Shown one piece after another: positions 9,014 through 17,361 of a stretch of 24,892 nt of DNA (positions are counted from its first letter, which is position 1; the number at the start of each line of letters is the position of its first letter). The translations under genes were made by a program, and so were the position numbers. The stretch lies in contig JBDRYB010000027.1 of assembly GCA_039803205.1 (NCBI GenBank), positions 1 to 24,892 on the forward strand, given 5' to 3'. The notes under the pieces are model-generated. The model was not told the origin of the DNA. It did not search any database and worked only from the letters and a program-made list of their open reading frames with translations. Source of the stretch: a candidate division WOR-3 bacterium (lineage in GTDB: Bacteria; Hydrothermota; Hydrothermia; JBDRYB01).

Positions 9014-9727
9014 TCACCCTAGATAAACCCCTTGAACCCAATCTATTCCCCACGCGACAGCCTCCGGCAGAACGGCCCCGAGAGCAAGCCTTCCGGCTAT
9101 GGCGGACGAGAGGGCACAGCCGGTCCCCCTCCTAGCAGGCTTTCTTCCGTGTGGAAATACCCTGGCCTCGCCCTCAAACCAAAGAAGATCAACGGGGCTT
9201 TCAAGATGGCCTCCCTTGATGAGGACCGCCTTAGGGCCCATAGAGGAGATCATCTCCCCAGCCTTGAACATTTCCTCAAGATCACTAGGTCTTAGACCGG
9301 TCAGCGCCTCAGTCTCACATAGGTTTGGGGTAACCAGAAGGGCAAGGGGAAACACCTCATCAACGAGAACATCCAGGCCGCCGCTTTCAAGCAAGGGCAA
9401 TCCGGATGAGGCCTTGATGATCGGGTCAACCACCAAGGGGATCGGATTTTCACGCATGAATCCTGCAATCACCCTTATGTTATCTTTTGAGTAGAGGACG
9501 CCGGTCTTGACAGACCTTATCTCGCCATCCTCAAGGAGGGCCTCAATCTCCTTTATGAGGAAATCAGAGGGAACAGGAATAACGCTCCTTGCACCCTTGG
9601 AGGATTGGGCCGTGAGAGCCGCAGGAACCAAGCAGGGCCTCGCTCCAGAGGACTCAATTGCGAACCGGTCAACGAGAAGGCCAGCGCTTCCAGAGGGATC
9701 GAATCCGGCCACAGAAAGGCAGATCAA
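9014..9727 (-). CDS. thiD: Hydroxymethylpyrimidine/phosphomethylpyrimidine kinase
   Basis: LSVAGFDPSGSAG, VKTGVL, VVDPII, VTPNLCE, LIKGGH, RGTGCALSSAIA. Confidence 0.9.
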   Translation of the reverse strand: MICLSVAGFDPSGSAGLLVDRFAIESSGARPCLVPAALTAQSSKGARSVIPVPSDFLIKEIEALLEDGEIRSVKTGVLYSKDNIRVIAGFMRENPIPLVVDPIIKASSGLPLLESGGLDVLVDEVFPLALLVTPNLCETEALTGLRPSDLEEMFKAGEMISSMGPKAVLIKGGHLESPVDLLWFEGEARVFPHGRKPARRGTGCALSSAIAGRLALGAVLPEAVAWGIDWVQGVYLG

Positions 9728-10554
9728 GAAAGTCCCTCGTAAAACCCCTTCATGAGGAGGGCATCGTCCTCAAGTATTGGGCTTTCTGATATGACCAGGC
9801 CCGAAACGCCCCGCTCATGCAGAACCCTCAGAACCCCCTTCCAATTCATGTCAGATTCCTCTAGTGGAATATGTTCTCTTTCGCCCTTTGCTGTATATAC
9901 TATTCCCGACATGTGGATGTGCATTCTTTGTAGGGCAGAGGGGCCGAGATCTTTCTCAATTACATCAAGAACCTCGTGGAACTCCTTCTCGGTGTTTATG
10001 GCCCCACCTGTTCTCGCGTGGAGGTGAGCGAAATCCACGCAGGGGAGAACTCCGGGCAGTTCGGAGGATAACAGAACAAGCTCCTCAAGCGAGCCATATT
10101 GGGTGGGCTTACCGGTTGTTTCGGGTCTCAGGATCACATCAACTTTCTCTGATTTCAAGGTCTCTTGGATCCTTTTTATGGATTCCCTTACCCTCTCGTG
10201 CACAGCAGGGGGATCATCTCCCGTATAGAAAGCCGGATGAAAGACGATATCCCTGGCGCCAGCCGCAAAACCGACCCTCGCTGAGTCCAGGATGTAGCGC
10301 TCAGACCTGGCCAGCTTCGGTTTCTCCTTCGCGTTCAAGTTTATCCAATATGGTGCGTGGACAGAAAGAATGACACCCAGCTCATCAGCGAGGCCCTTGA
10401 CATTTCTCGCTAGGGCCTGGTTCATGTGAACCCCGCGGACGAACTCCAGCTCCATGCACCCGAGGCCGAGCCCAGCCACCTCCCTGAGTCCCTCGTCGGT
10501 CGAATGGCCCTTTGACCTAGCTGGAATACCAGCGGTCCCGAAAACCAAGCCCAT
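9724..10554 (-). CDS. nfo: Endonuclease IV (AP endonuclease 2, archaeal-type TIM barrel)
   Basis: FGTAGIP, ELEFVRGV, HAPYWINL, VFHPAFY, PETTGK, DFAHLHAR, HIHMSG, GEREH, ISESP. Confidence 0.85.
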   Translation of the reverse strand: MGLVFGTAGIPARSKGHSTDEGLREVAGLGLGCMELEFVRGVHMNQALARNVKGLADELGVILSVHAPYWINLNAKEKPKLARSERYILDSARVGFAAGARDIVFHPAFYTGDDPPAVHERVRESIKRIQETLKSEKVDVILRPETTGKPTQYGSLEELVLLSSELPGVLPCVDFAHLHARTGGAINTEKEFHEVLDVIEKDLGPSALQRMHIHMSGIVYTAKGEREHIPLEESDMNWKGVLRVLHERGVSGLVISESPILEDDALLMKGFYEGLS

Positions 10555-10572
10555 GCGTCCGCTCGCGCCTCT

Positions 10573-11040
10573 CTATTTTAGGAGCTTTCTCTCCACCCTT
10601 TCCGCTCCCTTTTCGGTTATGAACCAGAACCTGTCCTTCATATCAACTATGCCAATGCGCCTCATGTAGCCGAGGCTCGTGGAGATGGCGCTCGGGGCCC
10701 TGTCGCCGGTTGTGGCTATTGCCCGAACTATCTCCCTCGGCCTCACGCCCTTAGTTTCGCCCCTCTGATGCAGGTAGTAGAGGTAGAGAAGGGCTTTGTC
10801 CACGCCCTTTTTGGGGCGGACCTTCTTGTAGAGCTCAATGAAATCGGCATCCACTACATCCTTGGGGGCGGCCTTCTCAGAAACAAGCTCAGCTAAGGAA
10901 ACGGTTCTTGGCTTACCCAGGTGAAGACACTTGAACTCCTCAAGCATCTCCCGAACAAAGCCAGCGTCATCGGCGGACGCCGAGACCTCATCGTCCCCCA
11001 CCTTCATATACAGGGTATATCTTCTTTCGTTATTTTCCAT
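10573..11040 (-). CDS. Hypothetical protein with probable C-terminal winged helix
   Basis: 155 aa, GAGG RBS, genome-like codon usage; C-terminal ISTSLGYMRRIGIV..FWFITEKGAERV is wHTH-like. Confidence 0.65.
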   Translation of the reverse strand: MENNERRYTLYMKVGDDEVSASADDAGFVREMLEEFKCLHLGKPRTVSLAELVSEKAAPKDVVDADFIELYKKVRPKKGVDKALLYLYYLHQRGETKGVRPREIVRAIATTGDRAPSAISTSLGYMRRIGIVDMKDRFWFITEKGAERVERKLLK

Positions 11041-11086
11041 GGTTTTTTACCTCACTTTCTCAGGAAATCATCTCGTTCAAGCTGAA

Positions 11087-11116
11087 ATTATAAATCCTCC
11101 AATAGGCCCAGATCAA
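11087..11116 (-). promoter_or_regulatory. sigma70 promoter of the hypothetical-nfo-thiD operon
   Basis: TTGATC-18 nt-TATAAT on the minus strand. Confidence 0.5.
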
Positions 11117-11157
11117 ATTGTCGTATAGCTCCGAAAATAAGATCACCCAAACGCGAA

Positions 11158-11435
11158 GGGGCGTTTCAAAAATGTGATCACCGAATACGACCCTCAGATA
11201 GGGGTGGTGAACCAGGCCGCCTTGAGGCACTTCTAAACCTCTTCACCTCAACGAGGCTAGCATACTCAAGGTGAGAACAAGAAGCGGCAGGCCGATGAGC
11301 TGACCAGCCTCAGAGGCCCCCAAAGAGACTCTTGCCATATCTCCCCGAGGAGACAGCTAAGGAGCTCTTGGAACTCAGACAACGCCTTAACCCCCTGGGC
11401 CCTTGGTTCGGTGATCCGGAATTTTGAAACACTCC
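11158..11435 (+). mobile_element. 278-bp MITE-like relic of an integrase-core (rve-type) transposon
   Basis: About 28-bp TIRs: GGGGCGTTTCAAAAATGTGATCACCGAA vs reverse complement of 11407-11435 GGAGTGTTTCAAAATTCCGGATCACCGAA; inner fragment LLPYLPEETAKELLELRQRLNPL resembles C-termini of rve-type transposases. Confidence 0.72.
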
Positions 11436-11530
11436 GGTAAGCCCATCTGGGGGGCATTGTTGTTGCAAAGGAGGCTATGGAGGGTTTAAGCTTTGAGCTG
11501 AGCGCAGAACCCTTTTTAGGGAGGCTAAAC

Positions 11531-12904
11531 ATGAACAAGTGGAACAACTTTCTGCATCCACCGGCCGAGAGGTTTCCCCTCGTGGAACCAGGGGAGCCCA
11601 ATTTTTACAGGGAATACTTCCCGTATTCCCTGCCACCGAAGATAGCCTTTGAGGGAACAACGGTTGTCCCTGAGCTTCCTGATGACATATACATAACTGA
11701 TACCACATTTCGCGACGGCCAGCAGGCCAGGCCGCCATTCTCCGTTCAGCAGATAGTTGATATATACAAGATGCTCTCCGAACTAGGGGGCCCAAACGGA
11801 GTCATAAGGCAATCTGAGTTCTTCCTCTACACCGAAAAGGACAGACAGGCCGTTGATAAGGTGAGGGCCCTTGGCCTCAAGTATCCTGAGGTCACTGGCT
11901 GGATAAGGGCAAACCCAAAGGACTTCCAGCTCGTAAAGGATATGGGCCTTGAAGAGACCGGAATGCTCACATCCATATCCGACTACCACATCTTCAAGAA
12001 GATGGGATTCAAGTCCAGACGGGAGGCCATAGACAAGTATAAGGAAGTGGTAAGAGCCGCTGCGGACGCTGGCCTCAAGGCTGTGAGGTGCCACTTTGAG
12101 GATATAACGAGGGCTGACTTTTGGGGATGCGTCGTGCCCTTCGCGCAGGAGCTCATGGAGCTCTCCCAGGAGACAGGCCTGTTCGTAAAGATCAGGATCT
12201 GCGATACTATGGGCTTTGGAATGCCCTGGCCCAACGCCGCGCTCCCGAGGTCAATCCCGAAGATGGTGTATTACCTCAGGCACTGCGCTGGGATACCATC
12301 TGATAGGCTTGAGATACACGCTCACAACGATTTCCACCTCGTGATAGCGAACACGGTCGCTTCCTGGCTCTACGGTGCAGCCTACGCCAACACCACCATA
12401 ATGGGAATAGGCGAGAGGACAGGCAATTGTCCAATGGAGGGAGCCATCATCCACTACATAGGCCTGAAGGGGGACCTTAACGGACTCAACCTCCAGGTGC
12501 TCACGGAGCTCGCCAGATACCTAGAGCGTGAGACCGGGCTACCGATACCGCCGTGGCAACCCATAGTCGGCAAGAACTTCAACATAACCCAAGCTGGAAT
12601 TCACGCTGATGGACTCCTGAAGTTTGAGGAGGTCTACAACATCTTTGACACCACATCCCTGCTCGGAAGGCCGCCGGGAGTTGCTATAACCGACAAGTCG
12701 GGCGTTGCTGGTATAGCCAAATGGATAGCCGATAACCTTGGGCTTGAGGTTTCTAAGTCGGACCCCGGAATTCAGAAGATATACGAGGAGCTAATAGCCA
12801 CATACGACGCTGGGAGAGTAACGACCATGTCGGACCAGGAGATGCACGATCTCGTCAAAAAGCACATGCCCGAGCTATACGCGAAATACCAAGCGAAAAA
12901 GTGA
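11531..12904 (+). CDS. Re-citrate synthase (DRE-TIM, IPMS/homocitrate synthase-like)
   Basis: PNFYREYFPY..ITDTTFRDGQQARPP..LGGPNGVIRQSEFFLY, HAHNDF, GIGERTGN, AGIHADGLLK. As I recall them, these match clostridial/Syntrophus Re-citrate synthases. No LeuA regulatory domain. Start 11531 (GGGAGG RBS); alternative 11477. Confidence 0.8.
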   Translation: MNKWNNFLHPPAERFPLVEPGEPNFYREYFPYSLPPKIAFEGTTVVPELPDDIYITDTTFRDGQQARPPFSVQQIVDIYKMLSELGGPNGVIRQSEFFLYTEKDRQAVDKVRALGLKYPEVTGWIRANPKDFQLVKDMGLEETGMLTSISDYHIFKKMGFKSRREAIDKYKEVVRAAADAGLKAVRCHFEDITRADFWGCVVPFAQELMELSQETGLFVKIRICDTMGFGMPWPNAALPRSIPKMVYYLRHCAGIPSDRLEIHAHNDFHLVIANTVASWLYGAAYANTTIMGIGERTGNCPMEGAIIHYIGLKGDLNGLNLQVLTELARYLERETGLPIPPWQPIVGKNFNITQAGIHADGLLKFEEVYNIFDTTSLLGRPPGVAITDKSGVAGIAKWIADNLGLEVSKSDPGIQKIYEELIATYDAGRVTTMSDQEMHDLVKKHMPELYAKYQAKK

Positions 12905-12908
12905 GTCT

Positions 12909-14165
12909 ATGGCAGGAAAAACCATATCTGAGAAGATATTCTCCGAGAAGAGCGGAACCGATGCGAGGGCAGGGGACATGGTCGTCGCGAGGGTTGATCT
13001 CGCCTTCGCGCAGGATGGAACAGGGCCTCTCGCGGTTCGCCAGATAGGGAAGCTGGGCTTTGAGCGTGTTGCGAATCCCTCATCCACGGTATTTTTCTTT
13101 GACCACGCGGCTCCTAGCCCCCGTCAGGAGCTCTCAGACGATCACATTTTCATGCGGGATTTCTCCTCCAAAACAGGCGCAGTGGTATCTGAGGTAGGAG
13201 AGGGAGTCTGTCACCAATTGGTCGCTGAGGAGCGCGCCGCACCTGGAATGCTCATAGTTGGAGCGGATTCTCACACATGCACGGCAGGCGCGTTCGGCGC
13301 CTTCGCTACGGGAATGGGTTCTACGGATGTAGCGGTCGCTATGGCAACTGGGAAAACCTGGTTTCGGGTCCCAGAGAGCTACAGGGTTGTCCTCAGGGGA
13401 AGGTTCCAGAAGGGCGTTTGTTCAAAGGACCTCATCCTCCACCTTATCGGCGACATAGGCGCTGACGGCGCTGATTACAAGGCGCTTGAGTTCTCTGGTG
13501 ACATGGAAGCACTTGACATGGAGAGCAGGCTAACGGTCTCAAACATGGCAGTGGAAGCCGGGGCAAAGGCAGGGCTTTTCCCTTCGGATGATATAACCAG
13601 GAAATACCTCGAGGAATGGGGCCGTGGAAACGCCTTCAGGGAAATAAAGCCCGATCCGGATGCCGAATACGAGAGGACCCTTGAGTATGACCTCAGCGCG
13701 ATAGAGCCGACCGTGTCAAAACCCCATAGGGTTGATAACACCGCTTTGGCGAAGGACCTCTCGGATGTGAAGCTGAACCAGGTTGTCATAGGAACATGCA
13801 CGAACGGAAGGCTATCTGACCTCCGGGTGGCCGCTGAGATCCTCAGGGGCAAAAAGGTCGCGCCCGGCGTGAGGCTCATAGTGGTTCCCGCTTCCAGGAG
13901 GATATATCTGAGAGCCATGGAAGAGGGCCTCCTGCGCGCCTTCGTTGAAGCTGGTGGGCTCATCCTTCCTCCTGGTTGCGGGCCGTGCGTTGGGGTTCAC
14001 CAGGGCGTTTTGGGCTCAGGGGAGGTTGTCCTATCAACCCAGAACCGCAACTTTGAGGGTAGAATGGGCAATCCAAAGGGATTCATTTACCTCTCCTCAC
14101 CGGCAACGGCCGCGGCGAGCGCTCTAACCGGAAGGATAACTGATCCCAGGGAGGTGATGAGATGA
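12909..14165 (+). CDS. leuC: LeuC/HacA-type aconitase-family large subunit (probably acts as aconitase)
   Basis: GADSHTCT; 4Fe-4S ligands GTCTNGR and GCGPC; STQNRNFEGRMG. Confidence 0.88.
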   Translation: MAGKTISEKIFSEKSGTDARAGDMVVARVDLAFAQDGTGPLAVRQIGKLGFERVANPSSTVFFFDHAAPSPRQELSDDHIFMRDFSSKTGAVVSEVGEGVCHQLVAEERAAPGMLIVGADSHTCTAGAFGAFATGMGSTDVAVAMATGKTWFRVPESYRVVLRGRFQKGVCSKDLILHLIGDIGADGADYKALEFSGDMEALDMESRLTVSNMAVEAGAKAGLFPSDDITRKYLEEWGRGNAFREIKPDPDAEYERTLEYDLSAIEPTVSKPHRVDNTALAKDLSDVKLNQVVIGTCTNGRLSDLRVAAEILRGKKVAPGVRLIVVPASRRIYLRAMEEGLLRAFVEAGGLILPPGCGPCVGVHQGVLGSGEVVLSTQNRNFEGRMGNPKGFIYLSSPATAAASALTGRITDPREVMR

Positions 14166-14659
14166 AGATGCGAGGAAGAGCGTGGAAGTTCGGGGACAGC
14201 ATATCCACTGACCACATCGCTCCTGGCAGATACTTTCACCTCAGGTCAAACCTGCCGGAACTAGCTAAGCATGTTCTTGAGGACGCGAGGCAGGACTTTG
14301 CCCCAAATGTGAAGCCCGGGGACTTCGTCGTGGCTGGCTGGAACTTCGGCCTCGGTTCCTCTCGCGAGCACGCGCCAACCATAATAAAGCTCGCGGGGGT
14401 ATCCGCCGTTCTCGCGAGGTCCTTTGCCAGGATATTCTTCAGAAATTCCATAAACATCGGCCTGCCTGTGATCGCGGTTGACACATCCTTCATAAACGAG
14501 GGCGACGAGCTGGAGCTTGACCTATCTGAGGGCACTGTCAAGGACCTAACCAACGGAAAGGAGGCCCGTTTTAGGCCGTTGTCTCCTCAGCTCCTTCGGA
14601 TACTTGAGGATGGAGGCCTCATTGAGCACATAAAGAAACACGGGGACATAGTCCTCTGA
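14162..14659 (+). CDS. leuD: LeuD/HacB-type aconitase-family small subunit
   Basis: GDSISTDHIAPGRY, NFGLGSSREHA, SFARIFFRNSINIGLP; ATGA overlap with the large subunit. Confidence 0.88.
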   Translation: MKMRGRAWKFGDSISTDHIAPGRYFHLRSNLPELAKHVLEDARQDFAPNVKPGDFVVAGWNFGLGSSREHAPTIIKLAGVSAVLARSFARIFFRNSINIGLPVIAVDTSFINEGDELELDLSEGTVKDLTNGKEARFRPLSPQLLRILEDGGLIEHIKKHGDIVL

Positions 14660-14665
14660 GGCAGA

Positions 14666-14842
14666 ATGCGAGGCAACGAAGCTCTAAGATGTTTGGAGCA
14701 AGCGCAACATGGCCTCGTGGCAACCAAGGATAGCCTTAAGGTCCGCCGCGAGGACGAGCTTGACAACTTTGTGGCTCGCGATGCCCTGAGAACGGGCAGG
14801 GTGCTTTACAAAAGAGAAGCAGAAAACCCAAAAGGCTTTTAA
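14666..14842 (+). pseudogene. 58-aa chimeric relic resembling a HEPN N-terminus fused to an MNT (nucleotidyltransferase) C-terminus
   Basis: My translation: MRGNEALRCLEQAQHGLVATKDSLKVRREDELDNFVARDALRTGRVLYKREAENPKGF*. Confidence 0.45.
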
Positions 14843-14858
14843 AAAGAGGTAAAAAAAC

Positions 14859-16088
14859 ATGGCAGAAAAGATAAGGATAGAAAAGGATAGGTTGGTTGTT
14901 CCAGACAATCCTATAATCCCCTACATAGAAGGGGATGGGACAGGAAGGGACATAACCCCCGCGATGTTGAAGGTCGTTGATGCCGCTGTGGCAAAGGCCT
15001 ATGGCGGAAAGCGCAAGATAGCCTGGAAAGAGGTCCTAGCAGGCGAGAAGGCAAGAGATGCAACAGGCGAATACCTGCCGGAGGCCACCATAAACGACCT
15101 CAGGGAGCACATAGTGAGCATAAAAGGCCCTCTGACAACGCCTATAGGCGGTGGATTCAGGTCCCTGAATGTCAGCATAAGGCAGTTGCTTGACCTTTAC
15201 TCCTGCGTGAGGCCTGTCCGCTGGTATGGCTCCGCCTCCCCCCTGAAGCACCCGGAAAAGATGAATGTGGTCATCTTCAGGGAGAACACGGAGGATGTCT
15301 ACGCAGGGGTTGAGTATCAATCCGGCTCACCGGAGGCAAAGCGCCTCATTGAGCTCCTCAGGGAGTTCGGTGTCTCGGAACAGAAGATGCTTTCTGATGT
15401 CGGCATAGGCATAAAGCCCATGGGCCCAACGAGGAGCAAGCGCCACATACGAAAGGCCCTAAGATTCGCTCTTGAGAACGGTAGGCGTTCCGTGACCTTC
15501 ATGCACAAGGGAAACATCATGAAGTTCACGGAGGGCGCTTTCATGAATTGGGGCTACGAGGTCATCGCGGAACCAGAGTTCAGGGACAGGTTCGTGACGG
15601 AGGCGGATCTCTGGGACAAGCACGGAGGCCAACTGCCGGAGGGCAAGCTCCTCGCGAACGACCGGATAGCGGACAACATGTTCCAGCAGATACTCACCAG
15701 GACCGATGAATACGATGTGATAATCACGCCGAACCTGAACGGGGACTACATCTCGGACGCGGCCGCGGCAGGCGTCGGAGGCCTCGGGATGGCTCCTGGA
15801 GCCAACATAGGTGATTTCCTCGCGGTCTTTGAAGCGACCCATGGAACCGCGCCGAAATACGCAGGCCAGGACAAGGTTAACCCTTCATCCCTCATACTCT
15901 CAGCCGCAATGATGCTTGAATACATTGGCTGGAAGGAGGCCGCTGACCTCATCCACAAGGCCACAGAGAAAACACTTGCCCAGCGCAAAGGGACCTATGA
16001 CCTGGTGAGGGGCTGGGCCGCTGAGGGGGAGAAGGGGACCGAGCTGAAGTGCTCTGAGTTCGGGGAGGCGCTTATAGAGAACATGTAG
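14859..16088 (+). CDS. icd: NADP-dependent isocitrate dehydrogenase
   Basis: [64 protein letters not shown] and TYDLVR (K/Y/Y/R pattern of NADP-type enzymes). Confidence 0.95.
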   Translation: MAEKIRIEKDRLVVPDNPIIPYIEGDGTGRDITPAMLKVVDAAVAKAYGGKRKIAWKEVLAGEKARDATGEYLPEATINDLREHIVSIKGPLTTPIGGGFRSLNVSIRQLLDLYSCVRPVRWYGSASPLKHPEKMNVVIFRENTEDVYAGVEYQSGSPEAKRLIELLREFGVSEQKMLSDVGIGIKPMGPTRSKRHIRKALRFALENGRRSVTFMHKGNIMKFTEGAFMNWGYEVIAEPEFRDRFVTEADLWDKHGGQLPEGKLLANDRIADNMFQQILTRTDEYDVIITPNLNGDYISDAAAAGVGGLGMAPGANIGDFLAVFEATHGTAPKYAGQDKVNPSSLILSAAMMLEYIGWKEAADLIHKATEKTLAQRKGTYDLVRGWAAEGEKGTELKCSEFGEALIENM

Positions 16089-16384
16089 TAGGGGCAGGTT
16101 CCCCGTGCTTAAGGTAGCCTTGCCTAACTGAGACCACTGTATATTTGGGGCGCTTTGCTCTGAATCCGGTTGGGTTTGCCAGCCTTTTTGTAATTCGCGG
16201 CAATAATGAATGGAGGTGCTCTATCAAACGAGAGAGGAAGGGGTGGGTTTATCAGAACTCTTGATCTTTTATATTTACCGCATTCTTTCAACCCACTTCC
16301 TGCACGAATCTCAACCGAGGTGGGTTCAGGGCCTAAAAATGGTCTTTGGAGGATGGGTGGAAGGATCTTTCTAGGGTTCTATTG

Positions 16385-16736
16385 CTCAGAAACTCCCCTC
16401 TGAGAGAGTCGAAAATGGTGTTTTCAGGGATGCAAACAAAACATCCCTTTCCCTCATATGGAGGGTTTTTGTTTCTAGACCCTCATGAGAGTTAAGATGT
16501 TGCTGGCTTTGCCAGGCTTACCATTATCTCGTTCATCAGACCAGCAAATGGCAGGGCAGATGGAAGGGTGCAAGATATCCAGACCCCACCGCCAGAGGTT
16601 CTTAATAGAGAAGACAAAAAAGACTCCTTCAGAGAGGTATTCGGTGTCCTTGAGGTATTGGATGTTCACGGAGGAGTGGAGTAGCTGGTTGAGTATTTGA
16701 TGAACCAGAAGAGCGAAAATCGTGGAAACCCCTGAG
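16385..16736 (+). mobile_element. Possible deleted IS4-like relic
   Basis: Ends CTCAGAAACTCCC / GGAAACCCCTGAG differ only by transitions; broken reading frames (RFLIEKTKK..LRYWMF..) weakly resemble a transposase C-terminus; no target duplication seen. Confidence 0.35.
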
Positions 16737-16774
16737 CCTGAGACCTATCATCTGGTAGCTCAGGTTTGAGCGAA

Positions 16775-17044
16775 CTATGGCCTCGGGCACCTGAAAAACC
16801 CCGCCTGTGTATCGGGTGCGTCACGCAGGGCCTCTGATCGGGAGATAGGCCTGCTTGGCTCGTCATCTCTCAGCGGAGTGTCCCCTTCAAGCGGCGAAAC
16901 CAAAGGTTCAACATCCGAGAGGTCAAGCTCAGAGAACGACTCCAGGAATCCCAGGATCTTGCTCATGTGCTCAATGAGCTCCTGAGTTGGCTCCAGCTTG
17001 GCGAGCTGGATCGCCCATCTGGCTTTCTCCTTCGCCCCCTTCAA
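16775..17044 (-). CDS. gatC: Asp/Glu-tRNA amidotransferase subunit C
   Basis: QLAKL..ILGFLESFSELDLSDVEP..LRDDEP..ALRDAP..GFFRCP. Confidence 0.88.
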   Translation of the reverse strand: MKGAKEKARWAIQLAKLEPTQELIEHMSKILGFLESFSELDLSDVEPLVSPLEGDTPLRDDEPSRPISRSEALRDAPDTQAGFFRCPRP

Positions 17045-17361
17045 TCCAAAAGCTCCTCTATCAGCTTCGTGAAGTCGGATTTTGGCCTCGCCCCGACTAT
17101 CTTGTCAACGAGCTTGCCCTCTTTGAAGAAGAGCACAGTGGGGAGGGAGAAGACGCCAAACCTCGCAACGGTCTCGGGATAAGCATCAGCGTTCAACCTC
17201 AATACCTTCACTCCCTTATCCGCGAACTCCTCGGCTATGGCCGCGAGGTGGGGTTCTATTGCCTTACAAGGCCTGCACCATGTAGCCCAGAAATCCAGAA
17301 GCACGATCTTGGCTCCGGAGACCTGTTCCTCAAAACGGGATGGGTCAAGTTCCTCCATCAT
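17041..17361 (-). CDS. trxA: Thioredoxin (WCRPC active site)
   Basis: LLDFWATWCRPCK, FGVFSLPTVLFFKEG, IVGARPK. Confidence 0.92.
   Translation of the reverse strand: MMEELDPSRFEEQVSGAKIVLLDFWATWCRPCKAIEPHLAAIAEEFADKGVKVLRLNADAYPETVARFGVFSLPTVLFFKEGKLVDKIVGARPKSDFTKLIEELLD

Noticed and set aside
11477..14659. Leucine biosynthesis operon (leuA-leuC-leuD)
   Set aside because: The synthase is Re-citrate-synthase-like and the adjacent dehydrogenase is IDH, not LeuB; leuC/leuD symbols are kept as family labels only.
16090..16384. 65-aa ORF (16206-16403) and distant inverted repeat GGAAGGGGTGGGTT/AACCCACTTCC
   Set aside because: No recognisable protein motif or RBS; the repeat is short and imperfect; probably decayed sequence.
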